This document shows, piece by piece, positions 1-9,333 of a stretch of DNA of 64,000 nt. The stretch comes from a virus (Duplodnaviria; Heunggongvirae; Uroviricota; Caudoviricetes). The stretch lies in the IMG/VR virus record IMGVR_UViG_2663762946_000001. One strand, written 5' to 3'. Position 1 is the first letter of the stretch. Each line of letters starts with the position of its first letter. The notes beneath the pieces are model-generated. The model worked only from the letters and a program-made list of their open reading frames with translations. It was not told where the DNA came from and made no database searches. The translations under genes were made by a program, and so were the position numbers.

Positions 1-45
1 TGCGTCAACACATTTTATTGAAGTATTGAGTTAAGGTGATAGGAT

Positions 46-447
46 ATGACAGATAGAAAAACGACCACAGAAATTCAAACCAATATTATTGATAGCATAA
101 ATACCTTGGTAGATAGTAAGTTAAGTGCAACAAATACTCCTCAGAATAAGGTTGGAGTAGTTGTGCAAGACCCTTCTGGATATAATTGTATAGTTAAAAT
201 TAACGGAACTGAATTCACATGCACACTCCCCGAACATTTGCATGATTGGATTAGTAAAGATGATATAGTAATTGTACAGGATCTATATGGAAACGGTCTT
301 AGCTTAACTATAATTGGCTCTAGTGGTTCTACTAGAAATAATACATTGGTTATTCATGATGAAAAATTAAATAGGAATATTAGTGGTGTTACTAAATTTG
401 AATCAGAAGATGGCGTATTGTCTGATGAAGATATTATTATCAATTAG
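46..447 (+). CDS. hypothetical protein, probably a late structural or tail-associated gene
   Basis: An intact 133-aa ORF lying upstream of the tail-fibre-like gene and the lysis cassette. No recognisable motif. Confidence 0.4.
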   Translation: MTDRKTTTEIQTNIIDSINTLVDSKLSATNTPQNKVGVVVQDPSGYNCIVKINGTEFTCTLPEHLHDWISKDDIVIVQDLYGNGLSLTIIGSSGSTRNNTLVIHDEKLNRNISGVTKFESEDGVLSDEDIIIN

Positions 448-483
448 AAATAAACATATTGATAGAAAAGAACAGGAAGTGAA

Positions 484-1752
484 TTGATGGTTACTAAACA
501 TACAGGTAGATATTGGGTAGGTAAAGATAATTTCTACCATTTTGAAACAGAAGGTGATTCCGTTATTATTTATGACAATAGCGGTAATCAAATTGGGACT
601 TTAGATGATCTAATGTTTAAAGGGAAGGTTGTTACAGGTGTTAGTTTTAAAACTATTATTAAAACAGGTGTATATAATGTTAAAAATATGGAAGACTTGC
701 CAAACACAATCCCTACTGATAAAACTTCCATTTTATCAGTGATTGCGGTAGGGAATAATGAAAATCCAGATTTGATTGAATATAAAATAATTGGATCTAA
801 TGGTGTTATATCTGAATGTACTGCAATCGGATCAACGTACACTAGTTGGACAACGGGTGGAGTATCGTTAGATAATGCAATATCTACAATTAACACTACA
901 TTAACAGCGTTAAATTCAAAAATCACGAATACCAACAGTAGTCTTTTGGGAACAAATCAAACTTTATCAAATTTAAGTGTAAAATTTGATGGACATAATC
1001 ATGATGGAAGATATTTATTAAAATCAGGCGATACAGCACAAGGAAATATTGGTGTTAAATATGGTTCTGGTTTTAGATTTATGAGATCTAATGGTGCTAA
1101 TGTAAACTTAGCAAATGTTGACAGTAATGATAAGTTTACATTAGGGGATAATTCCGTTTCGTTAGGTATAGCTAGTAAAGATGATGTTAAAATTAATGGG
1201 CACAAAATTTATACCGATGCAAATAGTGGTCAAGGATCGGGTATAAATGCGGATATGATTGATGGTATTGAGTCTAGTTTATTGTTAAGGAATGATAAGG
1301 TAAATCAAGTCAATGCTGATTTTGAGCTAGAAAACGGTTCAGAAATTCGATTAATGCCAAATGGGAATAATAGTACAGATCTTTATGGTAGATTAACGGC
1401 ATCTGGAGGCGGTTTGGTTGCTGGTGTAAAAGGTCATAATGTATTGGGTATCTATCAAGATCAGATTTGGTCTAATAGCAAAATTGTTATAAATGGACAA
1501 GATACAGAAAGTTACTACCAATTTGCTGGCAGTAATGACGATCATATTGGTTTTTATTATAACGACTCTAGACATGAACTAGGAGTTTATGATTGGGGAA
1601 GAAATCAATACCTTATGGCATTTACTAAAGCAGGAGGAGATGGAATAGTCGATATACCATCTGCACCTAGAATACAAGGTAGAAGATTATTTCTTACCAA
1701 TGATACACCTACTGGAAATATCCCTTATGGATCAGTTTGGATTGGATTCTAG
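484..1752 (+). CDS. tail fibre or receptor-binding-like protein
   Basis: A 422-aa protein rich in Gly/Asn/Ser/Thr with repetitive beta-rich composition. It sits directly before the holin and endolysin, which is typical for distal tail or baseplate proteins. Confidence 0.45.
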   Translation: MMVTKHTGRYWVGKDNFYHFETEGDSVIIYDNSGNQIGTLDDLMFKGKVVTGVSFKTIIKTGVYNVKNMEDLPNTIPTDKTSILSVIAVGNNENPDLIEYKIIGSNGVISECTAIGSTYTSWTTGGVSLDNAISTINTTLTALNSKITNTNSSLLGTNQTLSNLSVKFDGHNHDGRYLLKSGDTAQGNIGVKYGSGFRFMRSNGANVNLANVDSNDKFTLGDNSVSLGIASKDDVKINGHKIYTDANSGQGSGINADMIDGIESSLLLRNDKVNQVNADFELENGSEIRLMPNGNNSTDLYGRLTASGGGLVAGVKGHNVLGIYQDQIWSNSKIVINGQDTESYYQFAGSNDDHIGFYYNDSRHELGVYDWGRNQYLMAFTKAGGDGIVDIPSAPRIQGRRLFLTNDTPTGNIPYGSVWIGF

Positions 1753-2468
1753 GAGGCGAGTTAATGACACAAGGAATAAAGATGAGTGATGGTAAGGGTG
1801 GTTGGCTAGATCGTCAAGGCCAGGCAAAAATATGGAATGGTTCTTCATGGATACCAGCTAAAGTTAAATTATGGACTGCTTCATCAGAAGGTTGGAGAAC
1901 AGTATCGAAAACAACAAATATTGCTACATTTGATTCAACATGGACACAAAGTTATTGGGGTGAAACTGCATGGACTAAATCTAGAGGATTAAGTGACTCT
2001 GCAAGACCAAGAGATAATAAAGGGAATAATATGTTGCAAGGTAGGTTTACAAACCCCGATGTTCGCTGGGAAGGCGATGGCGGTATTCAAGGTGGTCTTA
2101 TGGGATTTAATGACAGTGCTATTCGTAATGTATTACAGGGTGCAGAAATCAACGAAGTAAAATTATATCTACATTCTCAACATTGGTGGTATACGACTGG
2201 TGGACAAGCAGTTCTAGGAACACATAATTTTAGTAGTTGGCAGGGTAGGTTTGGATTTAAACAACTAGATATAGCTCGTCAAAGATACTGGAATAGAGAT
2301 GAGGGACAATGGATAACGTTACCAAATTGGGTGGGCGAACAGCTTAGAGATAATAGTATTAAAGGACTAGTAACCTATAATGGTTCTGCCGACCCTTATT
2401 ATTATGGTTATTTCTATGGGACAGATGATTGGCGTAAACCTAAGTTACAAATTAAATATACTAAATAA
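1737..2468 (+). CDS. hypothetical Trp/Gly-rich protein, possibly tail-associated or cell-wall binding
   Basis: A 243-aa ORF with many W and G residues. It overlaps the stop of the preceding gene by 16 nt. The true start may be the ATG at 1764. Confidence 0.35.
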   Translation: MDWILGGELMTQGIKMSDGKGGWLDRQGQAKIWNGSSWIPAKVKLWTASSEGWRTVSKTTNIATFDSTWTQSYWGETAWTKSRGLSDSARPRDNKGNNMLQGRFTNPDVRWEGDGGIQGGLMGFNDSAIRNVLQGAEINEVKLYLHSQHWWYTTGGQAVLGTHNFSSWQGRFGFKQLDIARQRYWNRDEGQWITLPNWVGEQLRDNSIKGLVTYNGSADPYYYGYFYGTDDWRKPKLQIKYTK

Positions 2469-2476
2469 ACATAATG
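2463..2476 (+). promoter_or_regulatory. class-2 phage motif AAATAAACATAATG(AAAAG) upstream of the holin gene
   Basis: An exact copy of the recurrent motif, 20 nt upstream of the start at 2497. Confidence 0.5.
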
Positions 2477-2496
2477 AAAAGAAAGAAGGAGTTTTA

Positions 2497-2895
2497 ATGT
2501 TAAAAAATATTAAGAGTAAGTTTATAGATAGCGATAATACTATCAATGGTAAGGTGTTGGCTGGTTTCATTTCACTTTTAATAGTTCTAATTCAACAAAT
2601 TTTTGCTAGTTTTGGAGTAAAGTTCACTGGAGATTTGAATAGTATCATTGCTGTGATCAATACTATTTTAGTTATTCTGGGGGCAGTTGGGGTATTGAGT
2701 GAACCAGCTACTGTTAGTACAAATATTAGTAATATACAAGATACAATTTCTACGCTTCAAGACAAAACTGAAAATAGTAAGACAACTTCCGAATTAGCTA
2801 ATACTAAAGCACAAGTTGCTATTTCAAAAGTTAATGAACTTAAAAATACTATTGATACGGTTCAATCTAAAGTTACTACAATTGCAGCTCAATAA
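2497..2895 (+). CDS. holin-like membrane protein
   Basis: About 132 aa from the ATG at 2497, which follows a GAAAGAAGGAG ribosome-binding site. It has two predicted hydrophobic helices (FISLLIVLIQQIF and ILVILGAVGVL) and a polar coiled C-terminus. It lies immediately upstream of the endolysin. The ORF-track start at 2380 is an upstream extension. Confidence 0.5.
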   Translation: MLKNIKSKFIDSDNTINGKVLAGFISLLIVLIQQIFASFGVKFTGDLNSIIAVINTILVILGAVGVLSEPATVSTNISNIQDTISTLQDKTENSKTTSELANTKAQVAISKVNELKNTIDTVQSKVTTIAAQ

Positions 2896-2926
2896 AAATA
2901 AACATAATGATAGAAAGGAAGATGAA

Positions 2927-4168
2927 ATGATTAAGAAAAATAAATATATTTTAGGTTTATTATCATTTTTTGGATCTTTATTAGTAATTTTGTCGTTTTA
3001 TGGCGCAGCTTCAGCAAATACATTGGGTTTTGATGTAGCTAGTTATCAAGACTCAACTCCCACTTATATGCAGTCTCTTAAGGACAAAGGTGGTTCGTTT
3101 GTTCTTGCTAAACTTGGTGGTTCAGGTGGTGGTGAAGGGACTCATTATAAGAACCCTAAAGCTTCTGCTCAGTTGGCTTCGGCTAGTTCGGTAGGAATGG
3201 AAATTGGTTCATATTTCTGGGGTCAATTCGGATCTAGTCAATCGGATGCTATTAAAATGGCTAATATGGCTATTGATGATGCACAAAGAGTAGGCTTAAA
3301 AACAGGTTCAGTAATTGCTTTGGACTATGAGCAGGGCGCGACTTCTGATAAAGAAGCTAACACTCAGGCGATTATCTCATTTATGGAGACTATTCAAAAA
3401 GCTAATTACAAAGCCGTATTATACTCAGGTGCTAGTTATCTAAAAAATTATATCAATGTTGAAGAAATTGGTTCTACTTTCGGTGCAAGGATTTGGGTTG
3501 CAAGTTATAAAACGATGAGTCTGCAGACAGCACCCGACTTTCGTTACTTCCCTAGCATGAACTATGTCGGAATGTGGCAATATGGCAGCAATGTTTATGG
3601 CGTAGATGGTAATGTTGATTTAACTAACCTTATGAAATCTGGAGACGTTAAGAACGATGTTAAGGTTACTCCAACAGCTCCTAAAACCGTGGTAAGTGCC
3701 GAAACCATTGATAACTCCAATAAGTATTATGTAGTTCAATCGGGTGATTCATGGTGGAAGATAGCCAATAAGTTAGGCTTAGAAATGAATCAGTTAGCTA
3801 AGTTAAATGGTTTGACTATTAACTCTGTAATCCATCCAAGCCAGAAACTGTTGATTAAGGGAACACTCAAGAATGATGCTAAACCGACTACTGTTAAGAA
3901 AACAACTGTTACTACAGCAGTATCATTACCAAGTGGTGTTAGGGTGCAATCAGGTTATTTCATTCCTAACCAAAGACTGATGGTGTGGAAAAATGCAGGA
4001 TCTAACCCTACAGATATCTACTATTATAAAGGCGAAGTTATCAAATATGTTGGTTATATTCGTAATGGTGGGTATAATTACGTAGCTTATAAGACTTCTG
4101 CTGGCAACTGGCGTTACGTTGCCGATAGACGTATGCCAAGTCGTGTAGCACTCGGTACTTTTAGATAA
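2927..4168 (+). CDS. endolysin: signal peptide, GH25 muramidase, LysM and a C-terminal SH3-like domain
   Basis: The start at 2927 follows a GAAAGGAAG ribosome-binding site. The N-terminus (KYILGLLSFFGSLLVILSFYGAASA) is a signal or signal-anchor sequence. The GFDVASYQ motif is the GH25 signature. YYVVQSGDSWWKIANKLGL...LAKLNGL is a LysM domain. The C-terminal YxY-rich region looks like an SH3b-type wall-binding domain. Confidence 0.75.
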   Translation: MIKKNKYILGLLSFFGSLLVILSFYGAASANTLGFDVASYQDSTPTYMQSLKDKGGSFVLAKLGGSGGGEGTHYKNPKASAQLASASSVGMEIGSYFWGQFGSSQSDAIKMANMAIDDAQRVGLKTGSVIALDYEQGATSDKEANTQAIISFMETIQKANYKAVLYSGASYLKNYINVEEIGSTFGARIWVASYKTMSLQTAPDFRYFPSMNYVGMWQYGSNVYGVDGNVDLTNLMKSGDVKNDVKVTPTAPKTVVSAETIDNSNKYYVVQSGDSWWKIANKLGLEMNQLAKLNGLTINSVIHPSQKLLIKGTLKNDAKPTTVKKTTVTTAVSLPSGVRVQSGYFIPNQRLMVWKNAGSNPTDIYYYKGEVIKYVGYIRNGGYNYVAYKTSAGNWRYVADRRMPSRVALGTFR

Positions 4169-4376
4169 ATTTAAGTCCAATCAGAAATGATTGGCATACA
4201 TATTACAGAAATGCAGTGCTTATGTTTACATTTATTTGCAAATAATCTATAATACAAGTAAGCAAAAAAAAAGAGAACGTACTTGCAATACGTTACTCTT
4301 CGCTATCATCGATGCTTGCAAATATTGTAAGTTCTGGTAGCTCCGCTGGTTTATTACTAATAAAATTAATAAAAAT

Positions 4377-4418
4377 CGACTGTCTACCCTTGATAAAAGT
4401 GACAGTCGTTTTTATTTT
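4377..4418 (+). terminator. rho-independent terminator after the lysis cassette
   Basis: A perfect 8-bp stem (CGACTGTC...GACAGTCG) with a 16-nt loop, followed by TTTTTATTTT. Confidence 0.6.
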
Positions 4419-4755
4419 ATCTACTTAAGATTACACACGTAGTACATACAATCATTACAATTACAACTACAACTATCAAAACTCCAAATGCAACAGAGTT
4501 AGGCAGTCCATGCAATTCATGTACTACTTCGGCGAAAGATTTTAATATATCAGCCACCTAAGAAACCTCCACTTAAAATGCAAGTGGTATAACGTAAAAA
4601 ATAAAAAATAACTGTTCATTTTAAAAGGTAACCACCTCCATTTTTAAAGTCGGTAGCTACCTCAACTCCAATATAGGGACTCAAGCTATAAGTATTATAT
4701 CATAACATATAAGAAAGCGTACTATAATATTTTATGTGGATATTATGAAATATAC

Positions 4756-4784
4756 TTTACAGTTAGAACGTATGTTCGTATAAT
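4756..4784 (+). promoter_or_regulatory. sigma-A-type early promoter (TTTACA-17-TATAAT)
   Basis: TTTACA at 4756-4761, a 17-nt spacer, and TATAAT at 4779-4784, about 18 nt upstream of the start at 4802. Confidence 0.6.
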
Positions 4785-4801
4785 GTGTGTGAGGTGATTT
4801 T

Positions 4802-5119
4802 ATGATTAGTGCGAAAAAACAAGCTGAAATAATTAACGAAAGAATAAACAAATATTTTATCCCTAATATTAGAGCGAGATATCAAATTAATGTAACAAAT
4901 AATATTTATGATAAAGTCTATGGATTTTATTTTCTTAGAGGCAAGCCAAATCATTTTACACGTTCTACACCTATTCGATCTCTTAAAAATGAAGAATATA
5001 ATATCGAGTATTTAGAATCAATCATCAGGGAATTAGAGAAACTTACAAATTTTACAATTAGATACATCGCTTTTGAGAATTTGAGATGGCATAGCAATGA
5101 CAAACTAATTCAAAGATAG
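4802..5119 (+). CDS. hypothetical early protein
   Basis: A 105-aa ORF with a GAGGTG ribosome-binding site, lying behind a strong sigma-A promoter. Confidence 0.45.
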   Translation: MISAKKQAEIINERINKYFIPNIRARYQINVTNNIYDKVYGFYFLRGKPNHFTRSTPIRSLKNEEYNIEYLESIIRELEKLTNFTIRYIAFENLRWHSNDKLIQR

Positions 5120-5135
5120 TATTTCTTTTGATATG

Positions 5136-5164
5136 TTGACTAGTTTATGAGTTGGTGATAATAT
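5136..5164 (+). promoter_or_regulatory. sigma-A-type early promoter (TTGACT-17-TAATAT)
   Basis: TTGACT at 5136-5141, a 17-nt spacer, and TAATAT at 5159-5164. It is followed by a GGAGG ribosome-binding site and an ATG at 5201 (the ORF-track start is 5189). Confidence 0.55.
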
Positions 5165-5188
5165 TTAAGTACCATATTATATTACTAA

Positions 5189-5434
5189 TTGGAGGTAGAA
5201 ATGGAAAAGAATGCAATAACTATCAGTAAACTTTTGGGAAATGATTTTAAAATAAATATTTCAAGAAGTGTAACTGTAAATGAATTAGATCTTTACACAT
5301 CGAGATTAGCTTATTATCTAGCAGAACGTTGGTCTGAATTGAACGATTTAGAATTCGAACATGCAAAAGAAGCAGTTTTAGCTTCTTTTGATAGTAAGAT
5401 CACTGACTGGCATGATGTTAAGAAGGAAAAATAA
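5189..5434 (+). CDS. hypothetical early protein
   Basis: An 81-aa acidic ORF. The probable start is 5201, after GGAGG. Confidence 0.4.
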   Translation: MEVEMEKNAITISKLLGNDFKINISRSVTVNELDLYTSRLAYYLAERWSELNDLEFEHAKEAVLASFDSKITDWHDVKKEK

Positions 5435-5444
5435 ATAATTATAA

Positions 5445-5488
5445 AAATAGAAAGTGGTTTGAAAATTTAAAAGCTACTTTCTATTTTT
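5445..5488 (+). terminator. rho-independent terminator
   Basis: ATAGAAAGTGG...CTACTTTCTAT inverted repeat followed by a T-run. Confidence 0.45.
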
Positions 5489-5563
5489 ATAACCTAGATT
5501 TTGATTCTATGTTATGATACAATTATACTGTCAATATGTTTATTTCATTAATTATGATATGGG

Positions 5564-6649
5564 GTGGTAAATTATTTGAGGGCGAAGGAATTAAAAATGT
5601 ACTTGTATAATAATAAAGACAAATTAATTACTATTCTTGAAGCTGCTGGCTTTCATGATATTTGGGAAAATAATGCTAATGAAATTAGATGTGCTACGCC
5701 CAATGGTACTAACAAGACCTCAGTAGCGATTAAACTGAACGAAAGTTTATATACGACAATATATTCATCAGATTTTTCAGGAGATATTATTGGAGCTATT
5801 CAAGTTGTTATGGACGATTCTTTAAAAGACACGATAATGTTTATACATGCCTGCCTAGGTCTTTCAATGAAGTATGTAAAGAACAAACACGATCCATTGA
5901 AATTGTTAAAAAAATATTCTAATGGCTCAAGATTGAGTAAGAATACTCATGAGAACAAGCTCTATTCTAAGCGTTATTTGAATAGATTCGTGAAAGGATT
6001 ACACAAACAAATAATTGAAGAAGGCATAACACCCAGTGTGGCTAGAAAATTTGAAATATGTTACGATCCAGAGCAGAGTAGAATTATATTCCCCCATTAT
6101 GATTGGGAAAAATCAAATCAAATAGTTGGGATAAAAGGAAGAACGACTATGGATGCGGATCTAGCAGCGGAACTTGATGTCCCAAAATATTGGAATTATA
6201 TTTCGGATTACAAAAAAACTAATAACTTATATGGATATTCTCTTTCAAAAGAAGGAATAGAAAAAAATAATATGATCATACTATTTGAAGCAGAAAAATC
6301 TGTCCTAAAACAGTTTACATTTGAAAAAGAAATTGGTTATTCGGTGGCATTAGGAGGACATGTGATCAGTGAAGAACAAGTCAGGTTTCTTTTAAAGAAT
6401 ACACCAATAGATTGTGAGATTGTTTTAGCTTTTGATAAAGATATTATGGTTAATGAAACAGAGGGAGAAACTTTCATTAAAAAGGAATGCAATAAGTTTC
6501 TAGGAATGAGGAGAATAAGCTATATATATGATAGTTTTAATATATTGAAAGATAAATCATCACCAATAGACGAGGGATATAAAAAATGGAATTATTTGTT
6601 AAAATGGAGAAAGAACTATAATAAACATATCGACAGAAAAGTTGTATAA
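5564..6649 (+). CDS. DNA primase-like protein with a TOPRIM domain
   Basis: A 361-aa protein. LFEAEKSVLKQ...VALGGH...LAFDKD matches the TOPRIM Glu and DxD motifs. It sits at the head of the replication module. Confidence 0.45.
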   Translation: MVNYLRAKELKMYLYNNKDKLITILEAAGFHDIWENNANEIRCATPNGTNKTSVAIKLNESLYTTIYSSDFSGDIIGAIQVVMDDSLKDTIMFIHACLGLSMKYVKNKHDPLKLLKKYSNGSRLSKNTHENKLYSKRYLNRFVKGLHKQIIEEGITPSVARKFEICYDPEQSRIIFPHYDWEKSNQIVGIKGRTTMDADLAAELDVPKYWNYISDYKKTNNLYGYSLSKEGIEKNNMIILFEAEKSVLKQFTFEKEIGYSVALGGHVISEEQVRFLLKNTPIDCEIVLAFDKDIMVNETEGETFIKKECNKFLGMRRISYIYDSFNILKDKSSPIDEGYKKWNYLLKWRKNYNKHIDRKVV

Positions 6650-6660
6650 TGTTATCATAC

Positions 6661-6674
6661 AAATAAACATAATG
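6661..6674 (+). promoter_or_regulatory. class-2 phage motif AAATAAACATAATGAAAG
   Basis: An exact motif copy 14 nt upstream of the ATG at 6688. Confidence 0.5.
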
Positions 6675-6687
6675 AAAGAGGGATTGC

Positions 6688-7854
6688 ATGAGATTAAAGT
6701 ATGAAGAACTAGAGTTATTAAAGAAAAAATATGGTGTTAATCGTATTTGGTCTTTTTCGCGTATTAGCACTTTTCTCAATTGTCGTTGGGCTTATAAGTT
6801 ATTATATATAGATAAAATAAGAGCGAACAATGACAATGTTTATACTATTATGGGTACAGAATGTCATAGAATCATACAAGATTATCTTGCAAATGATATT
6901 AAATATCCTGATATGGAGCATCAATGGGGCGAATTTATCCAAAAATGGAAAGATGATCCGAAATCTTTTCAGTTTGACACAAAAAAAATTGAAAATGGTT
7001 ATCTTGATAATATCGAACATTATTTTAAGAATACAGATAGTATTCCATTCAAGGTCAATAATGAAAAACCTATTCTTATTAAATTAAAAGATAAGGATGG
7101 AAAGCCCTTCATTTTTGTAGGTTATGCGGATACAGAATATAAAGATGATAAAGGCGATCTAAATATTATTGATTTTAAGACTTCAAGTAAATCAACATTT
7201 TCACCCAAAGGATTACCAAAAAAATCTATGCAGTTGATTTTGTATGCAATAGGAGAACATCAGCGTACGGGACTTCCTTACGATAAGATACATTGTAGAT
7301 TTGATATGCAAAAGTATTGTACAGTAAATTATCGTATGGAAAATGGAAAATGGAAGAATTCTATTCAGGCTAGGTCAGAATGGGTGTTCAAAATGAGTAA
7401 TAAATTAAAAACAAAATTACCAAAAGCTGGCGTAGATCCAATTACTACTGATGAAATGATAATAGAAGCAAGTCAAAATAATAATATGGACAATCTCCCA
7501 GAAGAAGTAAGAAACCAATTCAGAATAAGTAACTATTATATTGATATTGAATTAAGTGAAGAAATTTGTCAAAAGTTAGAAGAAAAAATAATAGGATATT
7601 GCAAGGATACATTAGAACTTGAAGATATGGGTGAAGACTTAAATGACTATCTAGAAATAAACTTTCCATATGACTCTAGTAATTATTATTGTCAAAAGCT
7701 ATGTGCTTATCATAGTAGTCAAGCATTCAAGGAAGAAATGGGAATTATAAAGAAACCACTTCTTGATGAACAAGAGATAGATAATTTATTTGGTAATGTC
7801 GAAAGCGAAGACGCTGAAGAGGATGACGAATTGTTAAAAGAGTTATTAAGCTAG
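6688..7854 (+). CDS. PD-(D/E)XK nuclease, Cas4/RecB-like exonuclease with a C-terminal Cys cluster
   Basis: GYADTEYKD...IIDFKTS corresponds to the D...E-x-K nuclease core. The C-terminus has CKDT...CQKLCAYH, a four-Cys arrangement like the Fe-S site of Cas4-type nucleases. Confidence 0.5.
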   Translation: MRLKYEELELLKKKYGVNRIWSFSRISTFLNCRWAYKLLYIDKIRANNDNVYTIMGTECHRIIQDYLANDIKYPDMEHQWGEFIQKWKDDPKSFQFDTKKIENGYLDNIEHYFKNTDSIPFKVNNEKPILIKLKDKDGKPFIFVGYADTEYKDDKGDLNIIDFKTSSKSTFSPKGLPKKSMQLILYAIGEHQRTGLPYDKIHCRFDMQKYCTVNYRMENGKWKNSIQARSEWVFKMSNKLKTKLPKAGVDPITTDEMIIEASQNNNMDNLPEEVRNQFRISNYYIDIELSEEICQKLEEKIIGYCKDTLELEDMGEDLNDYLEINFPYDSSNYYCQKLCAYHSSQAFKEEMGIIKKPLLDEQEIDNLFGNVESEDAEEDDELLKELLS

Positions 7855-7888
7855 ACTACAAATAAACATAATGAAAGGCGGAGAAACT

Positions 7889-8110
7889 ATGAAATTCAAA
7901 AATAATACGGTATTGGCTAAGCATTTAGGTAATGACAAGATTTATATGTGGCATGTTCCTGCCTCTATGGGGTTAAGACATAAAGTAAGAATTGGGAGTC
8001 TTATTAAGGTAGATACTCAATATGGCAATAAAATTGTAAAGGCTGTTGGGGTCGCACTTGTAAAAAATAGTAGCGGAAAATTCAGAGAGGTGGTCGAGTT
8101 TATTAAATGA
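7889..8110 (+). CDS. hypothetical small protein
   Basis: ORF from 7871 to 8110. The likely start is 7889, after AAAGGCGGAG. It overlaps the start of the next gene (ATGA). Confidence 0.35.
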   Translation: MKFKNNTVLAKHLGNDKIYMWHVPASMGLRHKVRIGSLIKVDTQYGNKIVKAVGVALVKNSSGKFREVVEFIK

Positions 8111-9333
8111 AACAATGGGTAAGCTTACATCAACACACCGATGAATCCAACGCAGGTGGTTATTTTGAAGTAGTGACTCAATATACTGATTATGTAAAAT
8201 ATGCCAAGGAAAACGAATTACCAGCAGTTTGTATAACTAATCATGGGAATGTAGCAAGATGGATGAAGCACAAAATGGCTATTAATGATTCTGGTATGAA
8301 ATATATTCATGCAATAGAAGCATATGTGACCATGAATTTGGAAGACAAAAATAGAGGGTATCATACAATTCTAATTGCAAAGAATTATGAGGGTGTGAAA
8401 GAGATTAATAGGTTATCCTCTGCATCATTTAATAGACAGGATGGACATTTTTATTATAAACCGAGAATTCTATTTGATGATCTAAAAAATACTTCAGACA
8501 ATATCTTTGTAACAACAGCATGTTTAGCAGGGGCACTTTGGCAAACATTTCCTCATCTGAATAGACAGACGAACAAAAGAGTTGAGGGCGATAAAAAAAT
8601 ATTTAAGGCTTGGATTGACTTCATTGAACAGAATAAAGAACGTGTATATCTGGAACTGCAGCCACATATCGATGAGGAACAAAAAGAGTACAACAAGCTA
8701 TTAGTAAAAATTGCTAAGAAAAAAGGTTTTAAATTAATTGCTTCAAATGATATTCATGCCCTAAACCAGCGACATAACGAAATTCGCTTAATGATAAAAA
8801 GAGGTAAAAAATCTGATTATGAGGGCGATGATAAATTTGAGATATGGTGCAAGAATTACGATGAAATGCTTGAAACTTTTGAAAGACAAGGCGTAGTAAG
8901 CAGGGGAATTGTTGAAAAAGCCCTGGATGCGACAATGGAAATTGTTAATCAAGTTGAAGACTTTGAATTAGACAGAACTCATAAATACCCACATTTATTT
9001 AAAGATGAAGAAAGTAAATTTAAAGAACTGATTGTGGAGGGTATGAAAAAAAGGGGTATCGCAAAACTCCCAAAAGAAGAAAGAAAAAAGTATATGAGTA
9101 GAGTCAATAAGGAGTTTAAAGTATATAAACAAAACGGGGCTATAAGTTATATGCTTGCTGATTGGCTTATGATTGAGGAAGCAAAGAAACAAGGTCGAAG
9201 AGTAGGGTATTCTCGTGGTAGTGTATCAGGTAGTTTGATTGCTTACTTACTCAATTCGACAGAAATTGATTCAGTTAAGGAAAATCTGAATTTTGAACGT
9301 TTTATGAACCCTGAGCGAATAAGTCTAGCGGAT
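8107..9333 (+). CDS. DNA polymerase III alpha (DnaE/C-family) exon 1, covering the PHP domain and part of the palm
   Basis: LHQHTDESNAGG...ITNHGNVAR...HAIEAY is the PHP domain. The C-terminal GYSRGSVSGSLIAYLLNSTEIDSVKENLNFERFMNPERISLAD aligns with the DnaE G(P)GRGSAAGSLVAYAL...FERFLNPERVSMPD motif. The reading frame stops right after this, and the protein continues at 10520. Confidence 0.7.

Noticed and set aside
403-1575. Short antisense ORFs (403..591, 588..935, 999..1205, 1393..1575) inside the tail-fibre-like gene.
   Set aside because: They lie entirely within a longer, compositionally coherent ORF on the opposite strand, have no ribosome-binding sites, and have low-complexity translations. 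They are most likely chance ORFs produced by AT richness.
2380-2926. The longer N-terminal extensions of the holin (from 2380) and endolysin (from 2816) given in the ORF track.
   Set aside because: These upstream parts overlap the preceding genes and include the promoter motif. Good ribosome-binding sites (GAAAGAAGGAG, GAAAGGAAG) precede the internal ATGs at 2497 and 2927. The endolysin then starts with a typical signal peptide.
6605-6660. AATAAACATATCGACAG...TATAATG upstream of 6661, a possible extra class-1 promoter.
   Set aside because: The -35 is TCGACA and the spacing to TATAAT is far too short (9 nt). Only with the weak TATCAT as -10 does the spacing fit. It is probably a decayed or duplicated motif copy rather than an active promoter. 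It is left for experimental mapping.
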